Assembly: GCA_964199315.1 (NCBI GenBank)
Contig: OZ116711.1
Location: 23,188,001-23,252,000 of the forward strand
Origin: Orbicella franksi
Taxonomy: Eukaryota
Length of the DNA stretch: 64,000 nucleotides
Reading direction: 5' to 3'
Position numbers and translations under genes: made by a program. Shown one piece after another: positions 1 to 11,900 of this stretch (its first letter is position 1; every line of letters begins with the position of its first letter). The notes below the pieces were generated by a model that searched no databases, was not told where the DNA came from, and worked only from the letters and a program-made list of their open reading frames with translations.

Positions 1-250
1 GTGCTTATTGAGGTTTTGTGGAACCGAGATAGCTAGCTTCTCTTTACGTATAACTCATAAAGGGAAATTGCAGATTACCTAACTGTACATGGATTTGAAC
101 ATTAAAACTGACTTGCATTTTTTATGCATTCTCTAATGGATTAAGCGTTTCTTGTAGGAAGTCTTGAGTCACTCCTTAAATGACGCAGGGCTGAGATGTA
201 GATGTAAATAGGATGTTACGAGTTCAGTGAATTAGTCGAAGATTAATTTA

Positions 251-613
251 GGGAGCTTAAGCAATGTCGTCGTCGTCGCCGAGGACGACGCCTAGTAGAA
301 AATGTAGCTATATTTTACCCGCGAAATTCGCGATTGCCTAGATCTGTTCAGTATACCATGGCTGTAAAAACGTGCTTAAGCTAAATATGCAATGACGGCC
401 TTCAATTTCATATGAAAATACGAAAAATTAGCCGTCGTCGTCCGCGCTCAGACGACACGGAACTTGGTCATTTTCACGTTCTTGTCTCGCCCAGGACTGC
501 AAAGAAATGCACAAAGATTTATAACGAACGTGCACAGCTATTGTTTTACTCATTAAGTCTTTTGTTTGGTGACGTTCTCGCTGCCGTCGTCGTCGTGGTT
601 TGCTTGAGCTCCC
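251..613. mobile_element. MITE with 14-bp terminal inverted repeats
   Basis: gggagcttaagcaa ... ttgcttgagctccc (1 mismatch). A diverged homologous copy lies at about 9138-9494. Confidence 0.8.
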
Positions 614-925
614 CAAGTATAAAAGACGACGTTTTCAGCGTAACGGATCAAGTTCATACTTCCTGGTAAATATCATAATGATTTATCGATATTAACTTGT
701 TTCAGAACAAACTCAAGATATAATTTGCCAAGGTTTGCTAATACTTTCAAAAACATGTTGCTATCAAGGCTTGATTTTATGCAATTTTCAATTATTTCCA
801 GATCAAGTGTGGTCCATCAAAGAGCTTTGACATGATACCTTAATTTATGATTCTTTATAAAAGAAGTCAATTAACCCAACAGAATAGACTGCAGTAATGA
901 AAATTTACCCTTTTTCCTTTAACAG

Positions 926-3900
926 CAATTGACGGTGGCTACACTGATTGGAAAGAATCTTCTGTGTGTACTGTGACGTGTGGAGGAGGAACCCAGACAC
1001 TAACAAGAACCTGCACCAAGCCCCCGCCATCTAACGGTGGAAAAGGCTGCAGTGGCCTGGGACCAGCTAAGAAGGTTGTTCCATGCAATGAACAGGAATG
1101 CCGTAAGTTAATATTGTTTCCCTTATTGTTGTATATTTTGTCAGTTACCTGTCTGGAGATATCGACTGAAGCGAGTTAGTACAAATTTAATGTTCTTCGA
1201 CCGCTGAGGGATTCTTAGAGAGACCAACCAAAATAAATTGACGTTCAAACTCTGTTTACGCGCGCTCCTTGTCCTGACGTTAACGTGCCCATAGTAACGT
1301 CGGTATTCTTTGATCTTCTTTCAGGAATAAATTTTTGGAGAATTGAATTTAGTTTGGAGAGCATATAGACACTATAAATTGATTATAACTTTACGACTTA
1401 ACCATCAGTAACTGCAGCAAATATGAGAGAAACCCCTTAAATACTGAACGAGACATTTGCTAAAGACGATGATATGGCGACGTCGTCATCATCATCATTA
1501 TAGCCACCAACATCATCACCATCATCTCTTGTAGGAAGTCTTAAATCCCTGACGTTTACCTTAATTTAGTTTACTGTTCTTCATGAAAGAAGTCACTTAA
1601 CCAACAAAATAGAGCGCAGTAGTGAAAGATTTCTCCTTTTCCTTTTAACAGCAATTGACGGTGACTACACTGATTGGAAGGCATCTTCTGTGTGTACTGT
1701 GACGTGTGGAGGAGGAACACAGACACTAACAAGAACCTGCACCAATCCCCCGCCATCTAACGGTGGAAAGGACTGCAGTGGACTAGGACCAGCTACAAAG
1801 GATGTTTCATGCAATGAACAGGGATGCCGTAAGCTGACATTATTTCACTAACGATGCAATGCAGTACTAGTATATGCTGTAACATATAGTTCCATAACAT
1901 ATCGTTCTGTATCGATCTTCTAAGTTTATTTTCAGTCTGAATATTGAGTTGAAAATGGGTTTGCATACTATTATCACCATCAGTATTATAACAATCTTCA
2001 CAACTACCACCAGCGTCATCATCATCTTCATCATCATCATCGTCATCATCATTAGAATCCTCCACGGGCAACTTTCCCCTCGCTTGTCACCAAATTTTTC
2101 AAATGGGCAAAACTAAATGAAGTCCAAACTTTGAAATTGTATTAATTGAAAACACCGAGATATTTTTATGTTTCTTTTCATGCATTAAGACGCAATACTT
2201 TTGATATTGCAGCCGTTGACGGACGGTATTCTGATTGGTCGGCGTGCTCGGAGTGCAGTGTGACGTGTGGAGGAGGAACACAGACACTAACAAGAACCTG
2301 CACCAATCCCCCGCCATCTAACGGTGGAAAGAACTGCGATGGACCAGCCCAGAAGACAGCCCCGTGTAATGAAGTAAATTGCCGTGAGTATTATTGGAAA
2401 TAATTGGTAACACTCATTTATGACATTTAATTTCTGTGGGATGTTGAACGACATGGTCGAAGTGTCGGGAGAAGCAAGTGGGTTATATATAGCCAATGCA
2501 TTATTGAAATGGGTTTGAACCAAACGAAAAAACAGAACCATGCAATGAACAAGAATGTAGTAAGTGCTTTTTACATCAATTGCACTAGCTTTTTTTTGTT
2601 CTTACAATGAATTATTTTCATATTAAATTTTCATGAAATTTACCTCAAAAGGCTGGTTAATTTAAATTGCTTCACTTTGGGAAGAGTTATCTCCCTTTTA
2701 GAGAGTAAGAAATAGTTTTCCAGTTGATAAAATGCAAGGAAAGTAAGAGCGGGAAATTCCAAGGTTTACATTTCGGTATTTTGACTGTTGGTCATCAAAC
2801 TACTGAAAATCAACCCAATGAAAAGGTTTCTGGCAGAAAAAAAATTTATCAGGTTACAAAGAGGATCGAAAATTTGAAGTTATTATAATAAGTGTCACTC
2901 AGAAGTCCGATCTAAATAGGTTATTCTTTTGTAAATAAATCCACTTAAGTTGTTCTCGCAGTCAAGATGAAAAAGTATCCAATTTATAACGTTAACGTGG
3001 TTACTTTTCTTGCAACGTGCTCGATTTCAAATATTATTCTTTCCTTCTTTTAGCTGTTGACGGCGGCTACACTGATTGGTCGATTTCTGAGTGCAGTGTG
3101 ACGTGTGCAGGAGGAATACAGACACTCACAAGAACCTGCACCAATCCCCCGCCATCTAACGGTGGAAAGGACTGCAGCGGATTAGGTCTAGCGGAAAAGA
3201 CAATTTCTTGTAACAAACAAGAATGTCGTAAGTATTTTTTTGGAACAGTTACAGGCTCTCTTCAGTTTATCTTAATCTATTGTATCTTTTAAAATGAATG
3301 AGGACTCTCTTTTTCTTTAGCCCTTATCGATGATTACGTGTAACAGTCAACGTCTCGTTAACGATTTGTTGTACAATTGTGAACTGAAAATAGAGAAACG
3401 AGGCAGTGGGTGATTTGACTGAAGAAATATCAAGACAACGTTGGAAGGAAGAAGCATTAAATGAAGACCAAACTTTGAAATTGTATTAATTGAAAACACC
3501 GAGGTATTTTCATGTTTCTTTTCATGCATTAAGACGCAATACTTTTGATATTGCAGCCGTTGACGGACGGTATTCTGATTGGTCGGCGTGCTCGGAGTGC
3601 GGTGTGACGTGTGGAGGAGGAACACAGACACTAACAAGAACCTGCACCAATCCCCCGCCATCTAACGGTGGAAAGAACTGCGATGGACCAACCCAGAAGA
3701 CAGCCCCGTGTAATGAAGTAAATTGCCGTGAGTATTATTGGAAATAATTGGTAACACTCATTTATGACATTTAATTTCTGTGGGATGGTGAATGACATGG
3801 TCGAAGTGTCGGGAGAAGCAAGTGGGTTATATATAGCCAATGCATTATTGAAATGGGTTTAACCCACGCTTTCGTCGTCTTCTTTGGAGAGCAACTGGTT

Positions 3901-6653
3901 GCTGTTGTTATTTTTTATTAAAAAAATTCTAAATCTAAGGCAAAACTTTCAAATAGTTTTGTTGTAAAATATGGTTCGCGTCAGCGTGAGGAGCGGATAT
4001 TTTTTTGGGAATGTTTTTAGTAATAAATAAACTTGCGCAAGTAATTTTATAAGAGACGCTTCATTTTTTATACTTCAGCATATCTTGTTTAACCTTCACT
4101 TGATAACCACTGCTCTGTATGTGCATACATACTATGCTGCATTGCTCTGCATTCACACTGTATTGCACTGTTTTGCCTTGGCTTGCCCTCCACAGTACGG
4201 TGCACATTGCTTTGTTTGACTACATCTATCCTTCTTCATGTAAAGCTCTCTTAGAGAAACTAAATTTGTCTGTCCCTACGGAAGATGTTTCTCTCGTAAA
4301 CATTCAATAAGATTCTTAGGCCTGTATCACGACCGTTTTGCCTTGGCTTACCCTCCGCAGCAAGGTGCACATTGCTTTGTGTGACTACATCTATCATTCT
4401 TCATGTAAAGCTCTCTTAGAGAGACCAAATTTGTCTGTCCCTACGGAAGATGTTTCTCTCGTAAACATTCAATAAGATTCTTAGGCCAGTACTTCGACAC
4501 TGAACAATTTTAAAAATACCATTAGACAAAACGACCTTATTGTTTTCATTGAGGGCATGTGCACAAAGTGTGTTGTGTGTACGTATTTGAGGAATTTATA
4601 TACATATAGTCACAAACACTTTTATCGTGATTGTAAATACATTAATACGTTTTACGTTCTTACCTTAGAACAATTTTAGCATGTGTAAAAATTTATATCT
4701 CTTATTCATTCATTTTTATTGTTATTGTTTGTGTCCACAATTAGTTATTTAAGCTAAATACTCAGACACTTAGATAAAGTTCATTCATTCAATCGTTCAG
4801 TCATTGTATAACCACAATCACCATTACCTTTTATCGCCACAGCACCTCCTTGTACTGCAGGACTTGACATTGGGATCATTCTCGACAAATCAAACAGCGT
4901 TGGAAAAAAGAACCTGCAAAAAGCTATTGAATTCTTGAAGAAACTGGCTGGTGAGTTCAATCCTTCGCCAGAAGCTGATCACTTTGGTTTAATCACATTT
5001 CACAGCAAGGCCAACTTGGTGTTTAACTTCAACCAGTACCAGAATAAGGCTGCCCTTTTACAGAAAATAGCCGAAGAGCCGATAGACTTGGAAGGACAAA
5101 CTCGCACCGATCTGGCGCTGATAAAGGCGAAGGACGAGCTGTTTACCGAAGCAGGAGGAGACAGACCAGACAAACCAGATATCCTGTTCATTTTCACGGA
5201 TGGTAAACCAACTCATCCCAAAAAGAACCGCTTTAATTTTACAGCATTTTTTGAAGAAATTGCAAAAGATTTCAAGGTGAGTATCTGCAGTGCAGTGCAG
5301 TGCTGTGAGGTGCTGTGAGGTACAATGCTGTGCAGTGCTGTGCAGTGCTATGCAGTGCTATGCAGTGCAGTGCAGTGCTGTGAGGTGCTATACAGTGTAC
5401 TGCTGTGCAGTGCTATGTAGTGCTATGCGGTAAAGTGCTGTACAATGCAGTGCTGTGCGGTGCTGTGAGGTGCTGTGCAGTGCAATGCTATGCTGTGCAG
5501 TGCTGTGCTGTGTAGTGCGGTGCTTTGCTTTGCTTTGCTGTGCTGTGCTGTGCTGTGCTGACGGTGCTGTGCTGTGCTGTGCTGTGCTGTGCTGTGCTGT
5601 GCTGTGCGGGACAGTGCTGTACAGTGCTATTCATTACTACATCATCCATTTATCTTTCATCATCTCTTTGTGCGTCTGCCACCCAGCCTTTTTATTTCTA
5701 ATCATATATACAGCGTGCACTACAACTTTTGTCCTTTCTAACAGGCAAAGGATATTTATACAGAAGCAGTGGGGATTGGTAAAGGAATAAACTTCGAGAC
5801 TCTTCGTCAGATTGCAGGTGCTGATAACCCTGTAACACTGGTGAATGACTTTGCCAAACTCATGGAAGAGATTCCGGTTATCAAATCAAAGGCTTGTTCT
5901 GGTGAGTGGTCAGAGAGAGTTGCCGGCGATTCTGGTTTTTTTGAGCCACTTGCTGTTTGGTCCCTAAATTAAGGTCTATTTTCAAATTACACCCTGTGTT
6001 TTTTTCACTTGCGGTTACTCAAATAAGCATCTCTTTTTTTTCCCCCTTTTCCCGAGAAACACCCCTCGATTTTTCTACAGAATTAACCAGGGTTTTCTGT
6101 CCATTAATGAAAGTATTGAAATTATCCGGACCTCGATTATCCGGACTATTCGATTATCCGGACTTTTTCTCTGGTCCCAATTTTTTCATGAATATCAATT
6201 AGTTGTGATCTTGAAAACTCAAAGTCGTAAAAAGCCCAATAATCCTTTCAAAAGACTGTTGAAACAGCATATTATCCTGTGGGCTTTTCAAAATTCGCAA
6301 GTGCGACGAGACAAAGAAATATTCTGATGCGTTCAGCTGAAATCTGATTGGCTCAACATTTTAGACCTTTGTAAATACCTGAACTGAAAGTTTTTATTTG
6401 TAAATACATACAGGCTGTGTAGATTTCACAATTAAAATGATGTTTCTTTGCTGTATACCTTTTGTTTACATTTCTATCTCATTAATATTCATGTTTTCGA
6501 TTATCCGGACTCTCGATTCTCCGGACTATTTACCAAGGTCCCGACGAGTCCGGATAATCGAGGTTCGACTGTAACTTTAATGAATATGAAAAGGTGATAA
6601 GATTGCCGTTGAGTAAAAGACTCAGCTGTTTTTTATTTTGTTTTGCAGATTAA
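926..6653 (+). CDS. TSP1-repeat + C-terminal vWA protein, coadhesin-like, paralog A (5'-partial; start upstream of window)
   Basis: Five phase-1/phase-1 TSP1 exons (926-1102, 1652-1828, 2213-2383, 3054-3227, 3557-3727; pattern DGGYTDW..[28 protein letters not shown]..C..C). vWA exons 4843-5276 ([28 protein letters not shown]) and 5745-5901. Terminal exon 6649-6653 (G|AT TAA). All junctions are GT-AG and in phase. No transmembrane segment. Confidence 0.9.
2114..3860 (+). repeat. Recent 403-bp duplication containing a TSP1 exon (2114-2516 and 3458-3860)
   Basis: Offset 1344 bp, with about 7 substitutions counted by eye, two of them in the exon. Confidence 0.9.
2517..2559 (+). pseudogene. Remnant 3' end of a deleted TSP1 exon
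   Basis: Reads [14 protein letters not shown] followed by the same phase-1 donor (A|gtaagt) as intact TSP1 exons. In-frame TGA at 2505-2507 and no usable acceptor. Confidence 0.75.
4170..4487 (+). repeat. Two-copy tandem duplication, period 165 bp
   Basis: gttttgccttggct...aataagattcttaggcc starts at 4170 and again at 4335. Confidence 0.9.
5286..5625. repeat. Degenerate pentamer satellite (TGCAG/TGCTG)n in the vWA intron
   Basis: About 340 bp of TGCAG, TGCTG and TGAGG variants starting 9 nt after the 5276 donor. Confidence 0.92.
6121..6571. mobile_element. Tc1/mariner-type MITE, left end truncated
   Basis: Repeated cgattatccggac units on the left and inverted gtccggataatcgaggttcgactg|ta at the right end. 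Confidence 0.65.
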
Positions 6654-8908
6654 AGAAGTTTGTCGTTCAAAACCCAATGTTTGAGATGAACGGCGTAAAC
6701 AAGATTCGGGCTTGTTTGTTTGTTTCTTATTTCAGCTTCTTTGTAGAGAATAGTATGACAGTAAATATATCTTAAAACTTTGAAAAATACACAATTTAAG
6801 TAATAGGTCAAAATGACTAGGTATTTTATTTCGGTGTTTTTTCTGGTGCTGATTTGAGCTCAAAGACGTCTGCATCATATTGAGCAGAATATAACCACTT
6901 GACTACATCTTTAGTCTAGACCATGATAAAATTTCTTAATATTGATATAATTTTGGATCAGGGATAAAATGACAAAAACCTAATGTTAAAAGGTAGAAGT
7001 GATGTCAGTTTATATCATAACTGAGGTTTATCAGAACCCTGTGCACCAATAAACGACAGGTTTAGCAAGTGCTTTGTGTTAAATAAATTACTGTAAGTTG
7101 CCTTGCAACATGGATTTACTGCTGGTTTTATAAAAAGTTTCCGTTTTATTTGCAATACGTGTTGTTTATTTACAATGTCCTCAGTTACACTGTTATACCC
7201 CGTATAACGTAAATCCACATGGCTAGATAGCAAATTATTATACTTACTATTTGCCCTTCATCGTTGCGTCTTAGTAGATTTCTAGTCGGAATCTCGATAT
7301 TTCCGGCCGTGCGACATTTTCGGGCGAAAGTTTACAACAAGAGTTATCACTCGAAAATATCGCGTCGTCCCGACTGGCTGCCCCTGGGATTCGGAGAATG
7401 AATCTGCTCTGTAATTCACCAAAGTGTTCTCGCTTGAGTTGACATTTAGCATTTATATCCCATGTCCCCAGTTTAGTGGCGCACGCTACGCACGGCATAC
7501 TGATAACAGCCACCCTTACTTTTGTTGTTGTGAGTACAAACTTTTATCCACAAAAACATGCCTGCTGCGCTGCCGGATTTTGTCTCGCTCCTTATTTTCG
7601 TACGGGAAAGATAAGTAGACTAAGCATTTGTGCCTTAAACTCTTCAACCGTATGAATATTTTGCCTCAGGTGATTCACATGAAGTTTCACCCAGCCCTAT
7701 AATAGACCACAGGAATTTTGATAGAGCTTCCATCACGAAAATTGTCTTCTCTAATAATTATCATTGTTGCTTCGTGCGACTGCTGGGGCAGTAAACACGC
7801 AATCTCTCCGACACTTTGATGGCAACTTATGCCCTCATTGATAGCTATTGATGTGAGCTGATGTACTCCTCAAAGAAAACAGCCCTCCTCTTTCCCACAC
7901 AGTTCACATGCCACACTGTTATACATACTAATTTAGGCCACAGCTGCAGTTTTCCTGTTACTACATCTATCAGAATGGAAAATCTGCGAAGTGTTTCACA
8001 CCCAACAGCGTGAGAAAATCGTCCGTTTTTGAAACAAGGTTCACACATAAAGGAGACCTCCCCCGCGTTTTCAGCTATGTTTTTTAAACTCCCACGCACG
8101 TTTTTACCCGCGGGGAACATTTCTAAAGAAAATTACTGAACCAAGAAGCAAGAAGATCAAGGTTAAGTGTATTTCAAAATTAACATTTAGCTAGCTATTT
8201 CCTCCCGTTAGGTGTACCGCAACATCACGGAAATTATTTCCGGCCAGCAGGAACAGAGCACATCATTTGATTGCTTTTCAGTCAGTTCTTTACTAGCACA
8301 CGACGAACCTTGAGCAAACTGCTGCTAAACTTCTGCAGGATACTGGATATTCCTCTTTGCTAGTGTTCCTGTTAAGTTTTGGTTCACTAAAGACTGATTA
8401 ACTTTTCATTATTCTTCAATCTCAGCTCGTTAGAATTCACTTCATTCGCCGTAAATCACAGCAAGAACTCTTCGTTCCAAGCCGATGCAGACCACTAGCT
8501 TTAGATTGTTTTGATGGCTCTTGGCTCATACCCAGCAAAAACCTTCACGAATGCTCGAATGCATCATTCTTTGTTCTTAAAAGTCTTTTGCCAACTTAAC
8601 AAGGTTTGTCAAATTAGAAGATTTTATTCATAGGTCTCGAACTGCTATAAAAGGCTGATATATATGCTTCATTATTCCTCCACAGTGATGCTCCTTGTGC
8701 AGCGCATATTCTAAATCTAATATAGTTTGTTTGTTTGCAATTACAGTTCAATGTAAAGAAATGCAAAATAATCAATAAAAACGGGCCAGTTAATTATAAG
8801 TACATGCTTTCATCATCATACATTCTCCAGTACCATCACGTTCACTAACATCTCCACGCCTTTTTTAACTTTATCTTGCAGGTTTGGACTTGACACGTAA
8901 GAGACGCT

Positions 8909-11900
8909 ATGCTAGCTTTGATCGTCAGTATGATTTTAAGCCTGACTTTAGGTAAGAAATGCATATAGGAATATTTAATTTTTTTAAGAGGAGTGCTAGA
9001 GGAACCACACGCTATGAGTAATGTTATTGACTGATTTAATTTCTCCTCAGTCTGATAACCTGAAACTTCGAGAGAGTCCAAGCGAGTTACTTCAATTATG
9101 ATTCACCGACGACACTACCGTCTTGAAGACATGGATGGGGAGCAACGACGACGGCGACGCCGAGGACGACTCCTTGTCAAAAATGAATTTATATTTTACC
9201 ACCAAAATTCGAAATTGTCTTGTTCAGTACACCAATGGCTCTAGAAACGTGCTCCGGCTAAACATTCAATGACAGTGTTCAAATTCAAATGGAAATACGA
9301 AAAATTAGCCTTCGACGTTCGCGTTCCTCAGACTTCGCAGAACTCTACGTCATCTAACGTTGTTGTTTTGCAGAGGACGGCGAAGAAATGTGCAAAGATT
9401 TATATCGCACGCGCACAACCATTGTTTTGCTCACTAATCCTTTTGCTTGGTGACGTTCTCATTGACATCGTCGTCGTTGTTTGCTTAAGCTCACTCTTAG
9501 CTTAATTGCTCAAATTTGTTGCTACTATATGAAACTCGAATGTAAGGAAACTTTCTCTACATCATAAGCATAAGTCAAATTTAACGCTACCAGAAATATA
9601 ATAAGGTAGCAATATTTTCCTCATACAGCAACTGAAGGTGGCTACACTGATTGGTCAGCATGTTCTGAGTGCAGTTTGGCGTGTGGAGGAGGAACACAGA
9701 CATTTATAAGAACCTGTGTGCCATTGGACGGTGAGGGCTGCAGTGAACTGGAACCAACTGTGAAGACAGAGTCGTGCAACGAGCAAGACTGCCGTGAGTT
9801 TTCTTTACACCTTTCGTATTGTTTGTTTTTCTTTTAGTTCTTCGACCTGATCAAAAAATAGAAAAGCTCTGAGAGATCACCCGTTAGTTATTACGCCATA
9901 TCTCGGGGTATGACGTCATACGTTTCACTGAATCTCCCAAGCCATGAAGAACATGGAATAAACTATTCAAACAGAAATAAGTTGCGCCAAGGGTGGTAGG
10001 ACAACCTGTCAATAGTATAATTACCATCAATAAAATTAAATCATGTTCAGAATTATTCCCCATTAATTTTTGGGAGAAATTCTTACTTCATGATTTTCAT
10101 TTGCTGTCACGACTGAAAGAAACATATATTATATTACTTCCAACAAAGATGATAAAAAATAGCTTAGGAGAAGATTTGTTATAATTTAGACATATAATAT
10201 CTCTGATGACGGCCAATGTCATAGGCATATAAAAATCTCAATTATTTCTTCGTTTTTCTTGTAGACTTGTAGCTAGTTCCTATAATTTAATTCTAGTCTC
10301 ACCCCTGATAGAGCTGTACTACTTTTATGAGAAGATAAGCGTACCAAACTTCTCAATATTTTTGCAGCTATTGACGGTGGTTACACTGATTGGTCGATTT
10401 CTGAGTGCAGTGTGACGTGTGGAGGAGGAATACAGACACTCACAAGAACCTGCACCAATCCCTCGCCCTCTAACGGTGGAAAGAATTGCAGTGGACTGGG
10501 ACCATCAGAAGAGGAAGTCTCGTGTAACGATCAAGAATGTCGTAAGCTATGTATTCTCAATGACGGTTATATTGCTTCCCTGGGTTGGGTAATATATAAC
10601 AAGCGCTGTTCTATTCCCATTACAGCTATCAACGGAGGTTATTCTGATTGGTTGGAATGTACTGAATGCAATGTGACGTGTGGAGAAGGAACAAAGATAC
10701 TAACAAGAACCTGCACCAATCCCCCGCCTGCTAACGGTGGAAAGGACTGCAGTGGACTGGGGCCAGCGGTAAAGAAAGACTCCTGCAACGAACAGGAATG
10801 CCGTGAGTGTTTGTTCATAACAATTATAATTGAGTTCGAATTGACATGCTGTTTTCCTTTCTACAAAAGATTTCAAATAATTGATGTTTTTTGATGTATT
10901 TATTGATTTATTGATGGAAAATAGATTAAGCCAAAGAATAAGTCACAAGTTTTTTCCTTGATAACATATTGGGATCAAAACAAAATTTAAGTGTGAAGGT
11001 TCATAGACTTGAAGCAAAATGCAACTTCCGTAAGAATGTCTTTTAACAAAATAAGAAAATATCGGGGAGTACTAAAGTGGAATTGTTTATTGTACGCTGA
11101 CAGATGAGGCTATCAGCGAGGGGCAAGAGATGTATAACTCATAATTTGTGGTAAAGTTAACGTGAAGCTCTCTCCTAGGGCACTAAGAATATCAATCCAA
11201 CATGTATGTGACTTATATTTACCATTTATTAAACAATTTCCTCTTTGATCATACAGCACCTTCATGTAAAGCAGGGCTTGACATTGCATTAGTTGTCGAC
11301 AAGTCTAGCAGTATTAGCAAAAAAAACCTAAAGAAAGCTGCCGAGTTCTTGGAGGATCTAGTAGAAAAATTCAACCCTGGACCAGATGAAGATCACTTCG
11401 GGTTGATCACTTTTAGCAGGAAGGCCACCACGGCGTTCACCTTCGCCGATTCAGAGTACCACGACAAGGAAGCCCTCAGGCAGGGAATAGCCAGCCGACT
11501 AGTTGAGCCAGGAAGAGGAACTCGTACCGACCTCGCACTGAGGGCAGCAAATGAACTGTTTACAGAGGCTGGGGGAGACAGAGCAGACAAACCAGATCTC
11601 ATGATTGTGCTTACGGATGGAAATCCAAATCACCTCAGAAAGACGACTTTCGAAGAGTTTGCCAAGGAAATAGCGAAAAGTTTTGAGGTTAGTATCCCTA
11701 GATCGTTGGTCGTTTATATGTGACCGTCAGTCAATTCCTGGGTAAGGATGCAAAGCGTTCCTCTCGATAGTAAAGTTTGGAGATCATTTTTTTGAAAATT
11801 GAATTCATCTTTGATCCAAACTTGACAAATTTTACTCCAAATCAGTTCGTTTGGCAAGTTTAATATGTTAAAACACTCCTAGTATCTCGTCATTTATTTC

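Noticed and set aside
1793-2071. Poly-Asp and poly-Met ORFs suggesting an acidic skeletal protein
   Set aside because: They arise from a short (CAT)n microsatellite in an intron, antisense to the host gene, with no supporting gene structure.
1571-3840. Repeated minus-strand ORFs beginning [11 protein letters not shown]
   Set aside because: Antisense shadows of the repeated TSP1 exons.
4170-4487. 165-bp duplication as a vWA exon remnant (PSSCKA resembles PSCKAG)
   Set aside because: The similarity is only about 11 nt and nothing downstream matches.
5455-5790. Cys-rich ORF ([10 protein letters not shown]) suggesting a metallothionein- or keratin-associated-like protein
   Set aside because: It is a translation of the pentamer satellite inside a well-defined intron.
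7450-8160. Possible degenerate coding or transposon sequence between the paralogs (ORF 7845-8120)
   Set aside because: Hand translation of both strands gave no recognisable motif. Left unexplained; a BLASTx or Dfam search is needed.
9051-9081. Micro-exon with GC donor in paralog B
   Set aside because: Joined to the phase-1 signal exon it gives GTC TGA, an immediate stop.
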